A DNA stretch of 64,000 nucleotides from Lepidodermella squamata (GCA_047495785.1 JBLDXI010000009.1:1054001-1118000); one strand, 5' to 3'; shown: positions 1 through 12,766, counted from the stretch's first letter. Made by a program: numbers and translations. The notes: generated from the sequence alone by a model not told the origin.

Positions 1-304
1 TTATTGGAAGCGCGTTCAATCCCATTTCACTATGTTTCTACAATTTATTATTAATTAATTTTTAGTTCAATTTGTTGACTTGAAGACTTGAATTGTTTAC
101 GGAAAGATCTACAGAAAAATTCAAGGGCCCCATATTTAAAAGCTCTTTTAGCCGGATTGATATTTTAGAATTGCAGACATTGACTTAGGTTGAAGGCCGT
201 AGGCCGTCATGCAAATCTGTTGAATTAGATAGAACTCACGAATTACGGCAATACAGATGCTGATGTTTAACTGCTTTGCATGAATTTTTTGGGTAATTTT
301 TCAG

Positions 305-3300
305 ATGAATCGGAATCTTACCTCAGCATGACGTTCACCGAGGAAACGATAATTATTACCAAAGATTTCGATGAAAAGTTGAAGTTGGCGTTGTCATCTT
401 TTCAAACTAACATCTCATCGTGGATCTCGGAGTTATTGGAGAAAAGGAAAATGGTTTCATTGGAGGATACGGCAACAATGGAGCGTATGCTTCGACTCGG
501 GATGAATGACGATAAGGTGGAACAAAAGCAAGTTTTAAAGTTGATAGTGGTTGAAATTACTGCTTGGGGGAAAATCAGCTATGTTTTTCGGAGACATTGC
601 GATATGAATAATGTGGGGACATTTATTTCAGGAAGCAGAGAAAAATGCTGGCTGGGAAATGGCTGAAAGTTCTCGGTGATTTATCACTGTTTGTTGGCAA
701 TTTAGCAGATGCTGAGCAGTACCTGCAGAGAGCAACTGAGCAGTTAAAAGGAACGTTGGATCCATGGCTTGCAGGTTTGCGGTTTTGTGGAAGAGTGCTT
801 GAAATCACCTTCAACCTTTAATCCTTTACAGGCGCCAAAGAATCTCTAGTAGCTGCTTCTTTAATGTCTGCTCTAAAATCTAAAACTCTACCGGATGCTT
901 GGCGTAATGATTGAATTGTAACAATTAATCACCGCTTGGTTTGCTTATTTTAGCCCCTAGTGGAGCGATCAGTAGCAAAATGTGGACCAATTGGACAAAC
1001 ACGTACGAAGAAGCGGTCAACATTTATCTGAACAACAGTTCTTGCAGCAGTCTCTATCTGGAGTCTTTACTTCGCATGGTTCATTTGCAATTGCTTGCCA
1101 ACAATAAGTGCAGCGCCGCTAAAGCTTTAGCAATATTTTGCAGCCACGAAATAACGGTCTCGCCTGGATCTTACATTCGGAACTTCCTTGAATATGATAA
1201 ATCTTCACGCTATTTGAAAGCCGCGAGAACGTTCGAAAGTTTTGGGTGGTATCGGAAAGCTGCCTTTTACTACAGAATGGCGGCAGTTCTACGCATCACA
1301 AATGTATCCGACTTATCCGAATGGGCCAATTGTCATCATTTGCTCATGAAAGCTGTGCGCGGATATGGGTTGGCCAGCTTCTCTAGCGGAGCCTCGCAAG
1401 CATCGACGAATGGATTCGTCCAGCTCCAAGCTCGCCTTCTCATGGACTTGTACTCGGCCGCGCTTGCCTTCAGAAACTATCCTCTAACGCTTCGCCATAT
1501 ATGCCACGTTCTGGATATTGGAGGACACACTCTTTACCCTTACCAGCTATCTCAAATTTTGAGCGATATGCGGAAACTCTCAAGTTATGGTGCTACTTTG
1601 GATTCGCCTTTGATAATTGATAAAGAGCTGGTTTTACTCCCGGTTGGTCCAGCGCCATTTCCTAAAATCACGTCAGTTTCATTTCACACCGAGACCCATG
1701 CGCGGTCTTCGTCAATTATTCGGCCTTCATCGGCAGAAACTGGAACTGCGATAAGAAGTTCTTTCATTTACTCACCATTCAGTCATCCAGATAAATCAGC
1801 GGCTGCTCAACCCATGTGGACGTGTTTGGACGAGGAAATAAAACTAGTCGTAGAATTCGAAAACACGTTCGTATTGCCCATCAAAGTCGATTCAGTGACA
1901 TTGATTGCATCTACTTCGTCTGATGGCATTGAATGCGTCCCAGTGACAGATCAAACGTTGTTCCCCGCTGATCCGCTTAGTTTGGAGCTTAGGTGTATTC
2001 CCCGATCACCTGGTTCTATAGTATTCACGGGTTGCCATATCACTATTTGTGGTGTCAGTCGGAAACTGAATTTCACAGGGTCTCCAAGTTGTGCTAGCAA
2101 GCTTGCAACGTCGCCTTCCAACTTCGAAATTCAAGTTTTACCTGTAAAATTACCATACCTTAGCGTGACGGGTGGCGATGCTGAAATCAACGTTTACTTG
2201 GGTGAGATTTTCGAAGCAAAACTGGAAGTTGTAAATAGAACTCAGTGCAAACCGAGTTATGTTGATGTGACTCTGAAAGGAGTGCCTGCAGCAGTGGAAA
2301 AAGCGCTGTCTCTCAACTTCATAAGTGATTCTTCATTGAATGTTCGACTCGATGGAACTATGCTACCGCTTCGTTACTCGTCGATTTTTGATGTGACAGC
2401 TAAATTCATTTATTCGTCGTCTGTGCTCGGCTCAGAAGTCAATGAGCGTCAAAAATATTTCAGATCTCTTTCATTCTCATTTCGAACCTCCGTCTCTGCG
2501 GCTATCTATGGCACTGTCGTCGGGATAGAGAGAAAAAATCGCCATGAGCTTGTTCTAGACATCAGATTTGAACACGCCAGTTCCACCTTCAATAATCAAG
2601 CAATTGAAATACAGCAGCGTGGAATCAGGGATTCTAGCAGATGTATCATACGCCCGGGTGAAAAGCGCCACGTACATTATCCTGTTAGTAACGACCTGCT
2701 TGTTTCTCATTTGCCGAGTAACTTGGAAAGTAACATTGCTGTTACTGACTGCCTCGATCTATCTTCCAGCGTTAAATTTGACTGGATTCTATTGGATGAA
2801 GCTGGTGATAGTTCTGGGCGAACGGGACTATGTTCCATTTTGGTTTGTGGCCAAGCTTTGATCTCACAACTTGACGTGCCACCTTTTGACACTGAGATAA
2901 CATGGTGGTCATCTAACAACAGCAATTTTGGTGGAAAATTTGAAGCAGTGAACAAATACGGTAAACTCTAATATAATGCTTTAATAACGTAATACCACCT
3001 TGAAATTTCCATCAGATTACGGCAAACCGATTCCATCAAGGCTCGCCGAACCTTTTACGATATCAATATCGATGCAGAGTTTCGATTGTTTTGCCACTGC
3101 TCGTCTTAGCGTTCAGCAGTCTCTGGAACGGAACGATGATTCCCGTTTTCACAGCCACATACCGTACATCATCTCAGGAGTCACTAATTCGCAAGCAGCT
3201 TGCGTTGAAAAGGACGACAGGATCAATTTTACATTTTGTGTGATACCTACAGCTACAGGAAGGCATCGTTTGTCTGTCAATGTGGTGACTATGAAAGGCA

Positions 3301-3344
3301 CCTGGGCCATCTGTCCAACAGTTTACATAAATTGTCTTGAGTAG
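305..3344 (+). CDS. TRAPPC9: Trafficking protein particle complex subunit 9 (TRAPPC9/Trs120/NIBP), multi-exon, probably 5'-partial
   Basis: Spliced frames give GKWLKVLGDLSLFVGNLADAEQY...DPWLAGAKE, FGWYRKAAFYYRMAA, SSFIYSPF and VEFENTFVLPIKV, all TRAPPC9-family motifs. Acceptor tttttcag ends at 304; introns ~528-631, 775-831, 904-953 and ~2962-3014. Confidence 0.8.
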
Positions 3345-3704
3345 TAGTGGTTGGTGTGGAAATCGTAATAAACTCATTAATTTATGTAATTATTGTATGC
3401 GACAAGTTGCTGAATGCATTTTGAGGAACACTGAATGAACACAGCTCAATCGATGGCAGATATTCGGCAAAATGAATTCAGATTCTTCCTAGGGTTTGCC
3501 TCGGTATTGGTTCTTTTTTCAGATAAAAAAGTCCGCAATTTGCACAACATCGTTTTTCATTCAAAGTAATAAAAATATTGGCACAGGTGTTTCAACTATA
3601 GGCACTTGTGTCACGACCGGTATATTCTTGTCAAAGGTTCAAAAATGGAAACAAGTAAAATAGTAGGCAACATCAGCTATATATTTTAGGCATGCAAATG
3701 TCAT

Positions 3705-4873
3705 TCATTCACTTGAGATAATGTTTCTGACGATGTTATTGAATTGCTCAGGCTGCTCAACATACAAATGATGCCCAGCCTGGTCTACAACGTGGAAGGA
3801 CACGGCGGCAGCATTTTCATCAACATTATGAAAGGCAGCGCGGGCTTTCAGTATTTGAGCTCCAGTATTTGAGTCGACCCAACTGTCTGAACCTAATATA
3901 ATTGTCATTGGCACGCTACAAAAAAAGTAATTGAGGCATGAAAGGAAAAGCGCCAAAAGTAGCTAACCTAAGTGGAAGTTTGCCAATACTTCGGATCAAT
4001 GGATTCAATGGATACCCTACAACGAGTAAGACATAATGTAAAGTTTATAGAACGAGCCTTGAATTGGTTACCTCTGGGATCAACAAGATGCTTGAAAGCT
4101 ATTTCTCCAGATGGAAATTTGGCGTTACACAAATGAAGATATTTATAAATGATTGGGGCTGCCTCAGGACTTGGCGCATACTTGCGGCCAAGGTCTGGTC
4201 GAACGCTTTTTATAATTTTAGGGCCAAACGGTCCACAGGCTCGTAAAATTGAAAGCGGATTGAAAATGAACATGATGCGAATCACCATCCTGATGAACAT
4301 ATTTCTTTGAATGACGGTCTCTCCTCTCTCATTGCGCAGAGGCTCGGAAAAGCCCCATGGCTCAATCAGCACCAAATGCTAACAGGGAAAGAAGCATAAT
4401 TCTGAAGATAAGGTAGGCAAAAATATGAAATATGTTACCTTAACACGATCTGGATGTTTTAGGGTGTAATGGCTCCCCAAGAAGCCACCCAGACTATGAG
4501 CCAACAAATACATAGAATCGATTTTGACTTTCTCTCGCCATTGCTCAATAAATTCAGCCCAATCGTCAGCAGTGTTCTCGGCACTAATGCGGCCTCGACT
4601 GCTGTGCCCGAACCCAAGTAAATCTATCGCGAAAACAGGGCGGTCACAAGCGAGATCATCCAAATTTCTCATCCAGAGGGCACTTCCAGCTCCGAACCCA
4701 TGCACAAGGACGACAGGGGTTTTATTTTTTATGTGTTCGTTCAAAGTGATGGTCCAAATCATGCGACTAGGATCATTCAGCTCCACAAATCGAGAAGTGT
4801 ATGGCGTTTTAAGTTGCGCCAATAATATTTCTTCGCATTTGCTCAGTTCGGCATCTGCGCTGTTTGATGGCAT
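3705..4873 (-). CDS. ABHD4: Alpha/beta hydrolase ABHD4/ABHD5 (CGI-58)-like
   Basis: PVVLVHGFGAG, AIDLLGFGHSSR, nucleophile elbow AHSLGG, LIEPWGF, SGEIAFK, AGHHLY, spread over exons separated by short GT-AG introns. Confidence 0.85.
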
Positions 4874-5142
4874 GTCAGGTTATGAGCAGTTGCAGATTCA
4901 ACACAATAATTGAATAAGCTCTACAATAGACGAAAGGATAAAATTGTCAACAGCTCAAAAGAAAAGCTCAATTGAATAATAAATATGAACATATTTTAGA
5001 TATGTAGATGGCTCAAGACTAAAATGAAGCAAAAGAATAGGACAACTTTTGGTTTCGAAAATCAATTTTCTGCTTGATCGGTGTGCTGAATTATCTCAAA
5101 TTTCACTTCAATAATGCGTAGAAAATCATGCAATATTCAACA

Positions 5143-6597
5143 TTAGAATCGCGAGAGACGGAATTCGCTCAGGTCGTACTTTTTATCAGGTTCCCCATCA
5201 GTAACGAACTCACATGCGATTTTTCCAATCAAGGGACCAGCCTTAAACCCATGGCCAGAGAAGCCCGCCAAAATGACAATATTCGAAAATTTGGGATGCC
5301 GATCGACAATCCAATTCTGATCTGGAGTTTTCGTATACATGCATCGCTCAACCACAGAAGGAATGCTACTGAGTGTTGGAAAGTGCTCCTTTAGGTAAGC
5401 TTCATATTTTTCTGATAAGCAGCTTTGACTAGGCTGATTTACATCTCTATCATCAGGCGTTGAGCATTTTTCGTTTGTTGACGGGTCGACAAGCTGAGGA
5501 CCAGAAAACAATGGGCGCTGTTTTGAACGATTCAATCAATTAATTCTTACTTTCATAAGACCGGGGTATTCCAGGCTGGGAAGTGCATATATCCCAGACG
5601 ATAAATCAATCAAACAAGGCATTGTTCCAGTTGTTTCGCTACTATTTGAAGAGAGCGCGTTTGACTTCCAGTAGCACACGGAGACGGCCTCTAACTGGTG
5701 TATTAAAAAGGTGAAAGGATAAGAAAAAAAACGTAATTTTCTAGTACATGAACAGGCAAGTCTATGCCCAGTTGATGCGTAAGAGGTCCTGACCATGGCC
5801 CAGCAGCAACAATAAGATTTTTACACTCGAATACGTGCCCAGTTGTAGCCGTCACCGTAATTATTTCTCCAGGTGCAATCGCAGAAACAGGGGTAGAGTC
5901 GACAAATTTACCACCGTATTTGAGATATAAATCCTAATGATGAAAAAAACTTGTATGAAGAATGGCTAGCGGTTATTCCTTACATATATTTTCCTGCAAC
6001 AGGCATCTGCTCGTAGCACTCCACCGTCGTGATCTAACAAACCGGTGTAGTCCCGAAAATTAACTTCAGGACCATACTTTGATGCCAATGCGTCTGCGTC
6101 GAGCAAAGAGTATTTGTATCCAAACTGGTCGTTTACCTTTGAGATATTGGTAATTTTCAGAGCAGGGTTACGCTCCAAATAAAGCAGTCCGACATTCCTG
6201 GGAAAAAGAGCACAGATCTAAATAAAGTGTGTGTATGACGAGTTACGAGGTAAACTTATAGATAATTCATAATATAGGACTTACTCGAAGAGCTTAGACT
6301 CCGTTTCTTTCTCGATCAGTTCCCATAGCTCGTAAGCATGCCGCATCAAATTGGAAATCCTTGCACTTTCATGATAGGCTTTTCTGGTTATTCGCGACAA
6401 ACCGTGCGAGCTGCCACGGGAATGAGGATAAGAAAATTGCTCCAATAAAAGCACCTTATGTTATTGGAATGAATATATTCATTGATCAATCAGAAATATT
6501 CTGAGCATTCATGTATCACCTTTTTCCCCTCCTTACTACAAAACATCGCACTAGAGAGGCCCATAACACCAGCGCCGATAACGATTACGTCATACAT
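5143..6597 (-). CDS. PIPOX: Peroxisomal sarcosine/L-pipecolate oxidase, copy 1
   Basis: MYDVIVIGAGVMG FAD-binding motif, HSRGSSHGLSRI, VAAGPW, CMYTKTPD, GFSGHGFK; C-terminus ...FRLSRF. ATG at 6597. Confidence 0.9.
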
Positions 6598-6640
6598 GTC
6601 AGAAATAGCAAAGGGAACAGTTGGTCAGCCTAAAAAATTA

Positions 6641-7672
6641 TCACCAAGATTCTTTATTGACCGCATCCAAAACACTGTTTTGCACACTAGTTGATCCACA
6701 CGACAGTTTTTCATGTTTACTTGTGGTGTCAGAATGATCAGGTGGTAAATGCAATCGCTCAAGAAGAATTAGATTTCGTCGCCGTTTCACCGCAAATTTA
6801 GTATCCTCCAGCAGATTAGGGTATGAGTTTGTAACGTTTGGGGTTCTGCTGATAGTTAGCAAGCCCAGATGGTCTTGAGCAAATAAAGCGTTATTGGGCA
6901 AAATGTTCCTCGACATTTGATCAAACGATAGCATTGACAGATAATAGTCTACAAGATTGGCTAACCGGGTAATAAGGCGAGGCTTGGTCGTGCCGCAATT
7001 CGCAATTGACATCATGCAAACCGCATTCGAGCAAGCGCTAGAAATGAGCGACTTGATAAGATAAACGAATTGACAGATTTCTGAAGGTGAGTCGTTTTTG
7101 ACATAATTGCAACATCCAACATCAACTAGAAGAATTCGGTAAGATTTATCTGCATCACTTGTCAACAAATTTCGAATGAGGGAAACGATTTCAACAATCT
7201 TCAACTGGGAGCTATCAATCTTAAGAGTACTTTCTTCAGATAAATGAGTGCATGGATGGTCAGAACTTGAAGCAGCACCGTTGACCTGAGGCAAATTCTC
7301 GTAGCGCCACGCTATTTTCATGTTTTCAGATGATTTATTCGAATTGCTCGCGTCATGCTCGGACATTGGATCGTCCACTTTTTCACTGGATAGCCGCGTG
7401 ATAGCTTGAATAGCTGAGCTCTTGCCGACTACTATCACTTTCTCGCCATTTGTCACTCCATTTTGAACAAAATTGAAGAGAAACGTCCGCGTGAGGTACG
7501 ACTCGTAATTGCAATCTTCTAGTAAACATAGGCTTCTATTGGCAAAGCCACCCGAGAGATAATAATCCAGCGTGTTCACTCCAGAGGAATATACGAAGTC
7601 TTTGCAAATTGTAGAATATTTTTGCGACACAGCTGTAGCAGCATCGGCTGAGCCCAGTTTTCGTAGGGGCAT
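6641..7672 (-). CDS. ELP4: Elongator complex protein 4
   Basis: Intronless 343 aa ORF with SSGVNTLDYYLSGG, MKIAWRYE and KRRRNLILLERLHLPP, characteristic of ELP4. Confidence 0.87.
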   Translation of the reverse strand: MPLRKLGSADAATAVSQKYSTICKDFVYSSGVNTLDYYLSGGFANRSLCLLEDCNYESYLTRTFLFNFVQNGVTNGEKVIVVGKSSAIQAITRLSSEKVDDPMSEHDASNSNKSSENMKIAWRYENLPQVNGAASSSDHPCTHLSEESTLKIDSSQLKIVEIVSLIRNLLTSDADKSYRILLVDVGCCNYVKNDSPSEICQFVYLIKSLISSACSNAVCMMSIANCGTTKPRLITRLANLVDYYLSMLSFDQMSRNILPNNALFAQDHLGLLTISRTPNVTNSYPNLLEDTKFAVKRRRNLILLERLHLPPDHSDTTSKHEKLSCGSTSVQNSVLDAVNKESW

Positions 7673-7819
7673 TTAATTCAAATTTGTTAATTCTTTTAAC
7701 AACGATACTAACAACACATTAATTTTCAATTTTAGACTATATACATAATGTAAGAACACCAGCACCATAATCACACGAAAAAACGTGATTATTATTGTTA
7801 AAGTGCGCTTCATCACAAT

Positions 7820-7861
7820 TGTTGGATAGTACCGATGAACCGATGTTGGATAGTACCGATG
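7820..7861. repeat. Short direct repeat (TGTTGGATAGTACCGATG x2, 24-bp period)
   Basis: Two 18-bp copies at 7820-7837 and 7844-7861. Confidence 0.7.
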
Positions 7862-9266
7862 TACTATATCTACTATAACAGCAACATTGGGCGCTAAAAA
7901 CATGAGACCACTAATAAGCGAGATAGTAACATACATTAGCCATCAACCAACAGCCAACTATAGGATATAGGTAAGACGACAAATGAAAAGCAAATGCGAT
8001 TAGTTCAAGTACGAAATAAAGTGAAAAGTGAAAGGTAAGAGGTAAGAAAATATGAGCATGCGAATCCGTGGGCTAACTTACATATCCCACAAGAGTCAAA
8101 TGAGACAAATGCAATTCATTCCCCCACAAAAATAATCGTGCGAAATTTAACTCCGAATAAAAAGACTAGTGAAAGCCGCTGCATCTCCATCTACTAGACA
8201 GTAAGAAGTAAGATCCGAGATCCAAAGCATTCGCGTGAGCCGTGAGGCGTACTTGAGAGATGGGTAAAAACTGATCGCAAATTGAATTGAAAACGGCAAA
8301 CGCAGGCAACTCAATCGAAAAAGTTTCTTTTCACAACTTAAGCTCGTAGGCAATTAACGTCAGCTGTCAGATCGACTCATCTTAAGCCTTCAGCGATTAA
8401 AAGTGCAGCGTGTCCCACGGCGGACATATCAAAATCGTAAAAATCCAGTTCAAATTTCGAAACTTTTCCCGGGACAATTTTTCACATACAATTTTATTAT
8501 GATATTTGCGATTAACTTAATTAGTAATAATGATGTATATTATTTTGAAGCGACTTGGAACTAATATTATTCCCCTGAAATCTAGGTAGTCAAATCTAAA
8601 TCTACCCGGGATAACCCATACGGCGTATAGCTGCATAACGCTTGTTTTTTTCTGCTCCCTTCTCTGCTCTGTTTGAACGCTAGCTCGCGGAATCAATGAA
8701 TGATTCATTCACGACTGGTTCCATCCTGCAAAATACAATGTTTATACAATGAATTCCGCGATCTTTGTTTCATGAATAACGTACGATCTATTGTGGAATG
8801 ATTCTTGTGCTTGGAATGTCATGAAGCAAAAAGTATTAGTTATTAGTAGATCAAATTGTTCGAAGTCATGCAGGAAAAGTCAACATCGAAAGCATGAATC
8901 TTGAAATTAATTTGTTGTTTTGGCACTTCGAGACAATATGCTCTTGATGATATAATTGATATCCTTGTGTAAGCCTTAAGCCTGAACCGTGAATCGTGAT
9001 CGTGTATCACGTTTAGTTATTTATTAATGATTTATTTTGGTGTGCCATTGAAAAATTAAACTTTCGCCTCGTAGCTCCAAACCGTATCCTCCGTGCCGGG
9101 GATGACTAAATTATTCTTAGTCTCCAAACTTCAGATTCTAGCCGCTCTCGACCTAAGAATAGAGCGTCGTCTCAGAAATTTACGAGACCTTCATTTGTCA
9201 TTATTCTGTTCTTTTTACCTCATTTTTATTTTGCGTTAGGTTTCTATTGATTTTTCACGATTAACG

Positions 9267-11092
9267 ATGTCTGTAGGCGTAAACTTGTCTACACATGGCG
9301 CAGATATAAAGAAAACCATTGCAGATGTTATCAACGGGAAAGGAGATGAGTGGTTAGTTTCAATGAGAGAACAATCATGGCTTATCTGGTATCTCGTTCT
9401 CTATTTACAGGGCACTGTTGGGTTACGAAAATAATTACTCCGTTGTCAAAGTTGAGGCTAGCGGAAGTAAGTCGTTTTTTGCTCTTTATTGGCGAAATGA
9501 TGACGTTATGTTTCGCAGAAAATGGTATCGAGGAACTAATTAAAGAATTGAATCCTGCAAAAATTTTATATGGCTATTGCCGAGTCTCATCCGCAACGAC
9601 ACCAAGTGTTGTGAAGTTTGCGCTGATTCACTGGGTTGGTTTTGAAACGAAGATTGCTTTAGATTCTAAATTGCGTATCCATTTTCAGCAAGGTGAGGAT
9701 GTTCCGCACATTAAAAAGAGTCATGTTATGACTCACTTCAACGACATCGCCAGTCTATTCCGGCCAATACATCTCACAATTAACGCCAGAACTGAAGCTG
9801 ATATAGATTTATCTGGCATCACGCAGCGCGTCGCTGCTCTGTCTTTGACTTCAACGCCTTCGCAGAATGGCAGCACTAATGGCCAGAGCTCGAAATCTCC
9901 TGCTGAAGTATCGAACGGGGTATGCACGTAGCTTTCTTCTTTTATGGTTTATTAGATATATTGCTATTTTTCAATAGAAACATTCTGTTCAACGAAATGA
10001 TGTAATTGCTAAGCAGAAGGCCCCGACTGTAACTTGGCAACCAACTGGCAAAGTTTCTGCTGAAAAATGTAGATTTTTATTTATTGGAAGAACTCAGTAT
10101 TACTCAGCATATTGATTTAGCTAATACAGGCAATAGCCAAGTGTCAGTGGGCGTGAATCCCGAAGCAGCAGTAGCCGCTGAAAGATCGCGATGGGAACAG
10201 GAGCAGAAGGAGCTTGAGTCTGAAATGGAGGAACGCCGAAAGCAGTCCGAAATGGCTCGCCGTCAAAGAGCAGCCGAAGCCAAATCCTTGGTTTCTCATC
10301 GCAAAAATAATCCGAAAGCCGTTTTCGAGTCGATGGAGGCTGCAATCTCTGATTCATCTGCACCGAAACCAAAACCCATGCTTCAAGGGAAAGTTACTAC
10401 TGCAAGAAAATTGCGTGATTTTGGTGAAATGGTGGAGCGCACAGCATCATCCGAAAACTCATCTGGATTTGTATCGCCTGATAAGAATCTCCCGTCTGAG
10501 GACGAAAAGTTTGGGAGCGGCTATTCTATTCCACCATCAGAAGGTTACGAGGCAAGTTCTTCAATTTTGTGTTTCGAGCATGCTTAACGTTGCGTTTAGA
10601 ATGGCAATGGCGATCACAACGGAAGCCACTACGAAGAAAAAAATGGCGAGGCTCATGCCGACATCAATGCCAACGTGACATCCTCTGAAAACCGCCAATG
10701 CGAGTCTGATTTTTACGAAAATGGTAAAAGTAATGTTGATGCTTCAGTTAATGAAGAGGTACATAATCTTAACGGCAACGATATTAACGAGGCTAACGTG
10801 CCATCTCCATTGGATGAAAGTGAGTCGCAACTCGCATGCGGATAACGCCTGTATTCTCTTTCTATATTTAGATCAAAATGGCTCGTCAGCCGAATCTGCT
10901 GTTGTGCTGGAATACGTCCAAGCACTATATGATTATCAGGCAGCAGATGAAACTGAAATCACATTTGATCCTGGGGATGTTCTCGCCGTGACTGCCAAGT
11001 TTGATGCTGGTTGGTGGATTGGATTCAATCAGTCTAAAAATGATAACCGAGTGGGAATGTTTCCGGCAAATTATGTACAAGCAATGTCTTGA
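9267..11092 (+). CDS. DBNL: Drebrin-like / Abp1 actin-binding protein (N-terminal ADF-H, C-terminal SH3)
   Basis: ADF-H motifs [45 protein letters not shown]; coiled coil; SH3 [19 protein letters not shown]...GWWIG...GMFPANYV. Multi-exon, ATG at 9267. Confidence 0.88.
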
Positions 11093-11851
11093 AATTCTAT
11101 AGTCTGTGTTACAGCGTCTAGGGCGTTTTTGTTGAGTTCGAAGCTGTCGAATTTTTATTTGGCATTTATTGCAAATTTCAGATTTGCTTGATTTTGATTA
11201 GACGAAAGTGCAACCGATATTATGCTAGTATTGTGTTGATTTTTCTCTTATTATTTGTACCTTGAAAAGAATGTGCTCCATGTGTAAAAAAACCAATGTC
11301 TCTGGCTGCTGCGGGTCTCATGTCTTCCTTTTATCATTGCCACTTTTGGACGTCTTTTAATGTGTAGTTATATTATTCTCTGGGAGATAACACACGTTTC
11401 CAAACGCTTTAAATATGTGCCTTTTCGCAGCTTTGAGCTGCAGCATTTAATTTGTGTATTCCAAGCTGCATACCTAACAGAGATGCTGAACGTTCCGTTT
11501 TATTCACTGCTTCATGACTTTTCAATGCAGGATCTTTTATTGATCAATTATCGATCTGACAAAGAAATTCGCTGTCTCGCTTTATACACTCCTCTTCAGG
11601 GTTTTATGTTATGTATTGTAAGTAATGCGACATCTTCAATGTCCGTTTTTACCATGTCATTTGGCTTGCTCACCTTCTTTGGTTGCAATGGCAAAGTTTA
11701 TCTGCTGTAATTGCATTTAGCAGTGGCTGTATGTCGCCTAAAATTCTGCGGTGACATCCGTATTCTGCTTCAGAAAAAGGCAATAAAGTTGTGTACATTT
11801 TTGTTTAAATGGCGTTGCTTTTCATCACGTAGAGCAGTTAATTTGTTAAAG

Positions 11852-12766
11852 ATGTTTCCACAGCACGCGAAAACTGCGCCGAAAGGGTTCCGACCAGGCG
11901 CTGCTTCATCGAGATTTCGATTCGTTAGGCAACAGAATTCTGCTGAAGGATCCAATTCTACATTTGTGGCTACCAAATCCACTTCAGTAACTCAGTCAGT
12001 CACCGTGCCGCTTCCTTCCATTTCTCAGGCAGCATCTGGATTTCAATCCCGCTACAAGTTGGTTAATCAATTATCAGCCTCTTCAAGCTCCAAGGGGGTG
12101 AATGTCATAAGTCTCAGCCAAACTCAGATAGCAAGTCCTGAGAGGAAGGGTTTTATTTTGAACGCCTCTACTCGCAAATCGTCGTTTTCGAAAACTTCAA
12201 CACCCTCAACTCCTGTTGCTCAAAATTTGGTCCGGCGCATAGTCTCTCGGTACCGGTTGAAGAAAGTCAATAGCCTCATACCCAAAACTCCAGCACCAGT
12301 TCAAAACTACTCGGGCGCTGCCAAGATGGCTCCGCTGCACATTCGTCATCCTGGATTACCTAGACCATGTCCAAAATTTTTGCTATTAGGAGCTTGCCCA
12401 CTGCCGAAAGGCCAGTGCGAATTCGACCATGTCAATTATGGTCCGCGTCTCAATCAGTATTACTTGGCTAAAGCTAACGCAAAGACTTCCGTATCGGTGT
12501 TTTCAAAAACGTTCAAGTTACCTTCTTCTTCATCGCCTGGCCGAACACGCTCGCTGTCTTTCACGCAAAGGCGAAGGATAGTAGTCGGCAGTAGCCAGAC
12601 TATTAGGTTGGCAGACGTTCAGCCGGCTGTAGACGATAGCCAAAAGCTGTCACGCGCGTCAAACTCGAGTACTAACGTGCCTCAAATCATCAAGAGGAGC
12701 CGCGGTCGTAGAAAGCGGGGCTCCCCTCTAAAGAAGAGCCAGCCATCTTATATGCCACTGAATTAG
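11852..12766 (+). CDS. Basic Ser-rich protein with one CCCH zinc finger (ZC3H3-like)
   Basis: CPKFLLLGACPLPKGQCEFDH (C-x8-C-x6-C-x3-H) and repeated SR[FY][RK]x motifs. First ATG at 11852, directly after an acceptor-like ttaaag. Confidence 0.55.
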   Translation: MFPQHAKTAPKGFRPGAASSRFRFVRQQNSAEGSNSTFVATKSTSVTQSVTVPLPSISQAASGFQSRYKLVNQLSASSSSKGVNVISLSQTQIASPERKGFILNASTRKSSFSKTSTPSTPVAQNLVRRIVSRYRLKKVNSLIPKTPAPVQNYSGAAKMAPLHIRHPGLPRPCPKFLLLGACPLPKGQCEFDHVNYGPRLNQYYLAKANAKTSVSVFSKTFKLPSSSSPGRTRSLSFTQRRRIVVGSSQTIRLADVQPAVDDSQKLSRASNSSTNVPQIIKRSRGRRKRGSPLKKSQPSYMPLN

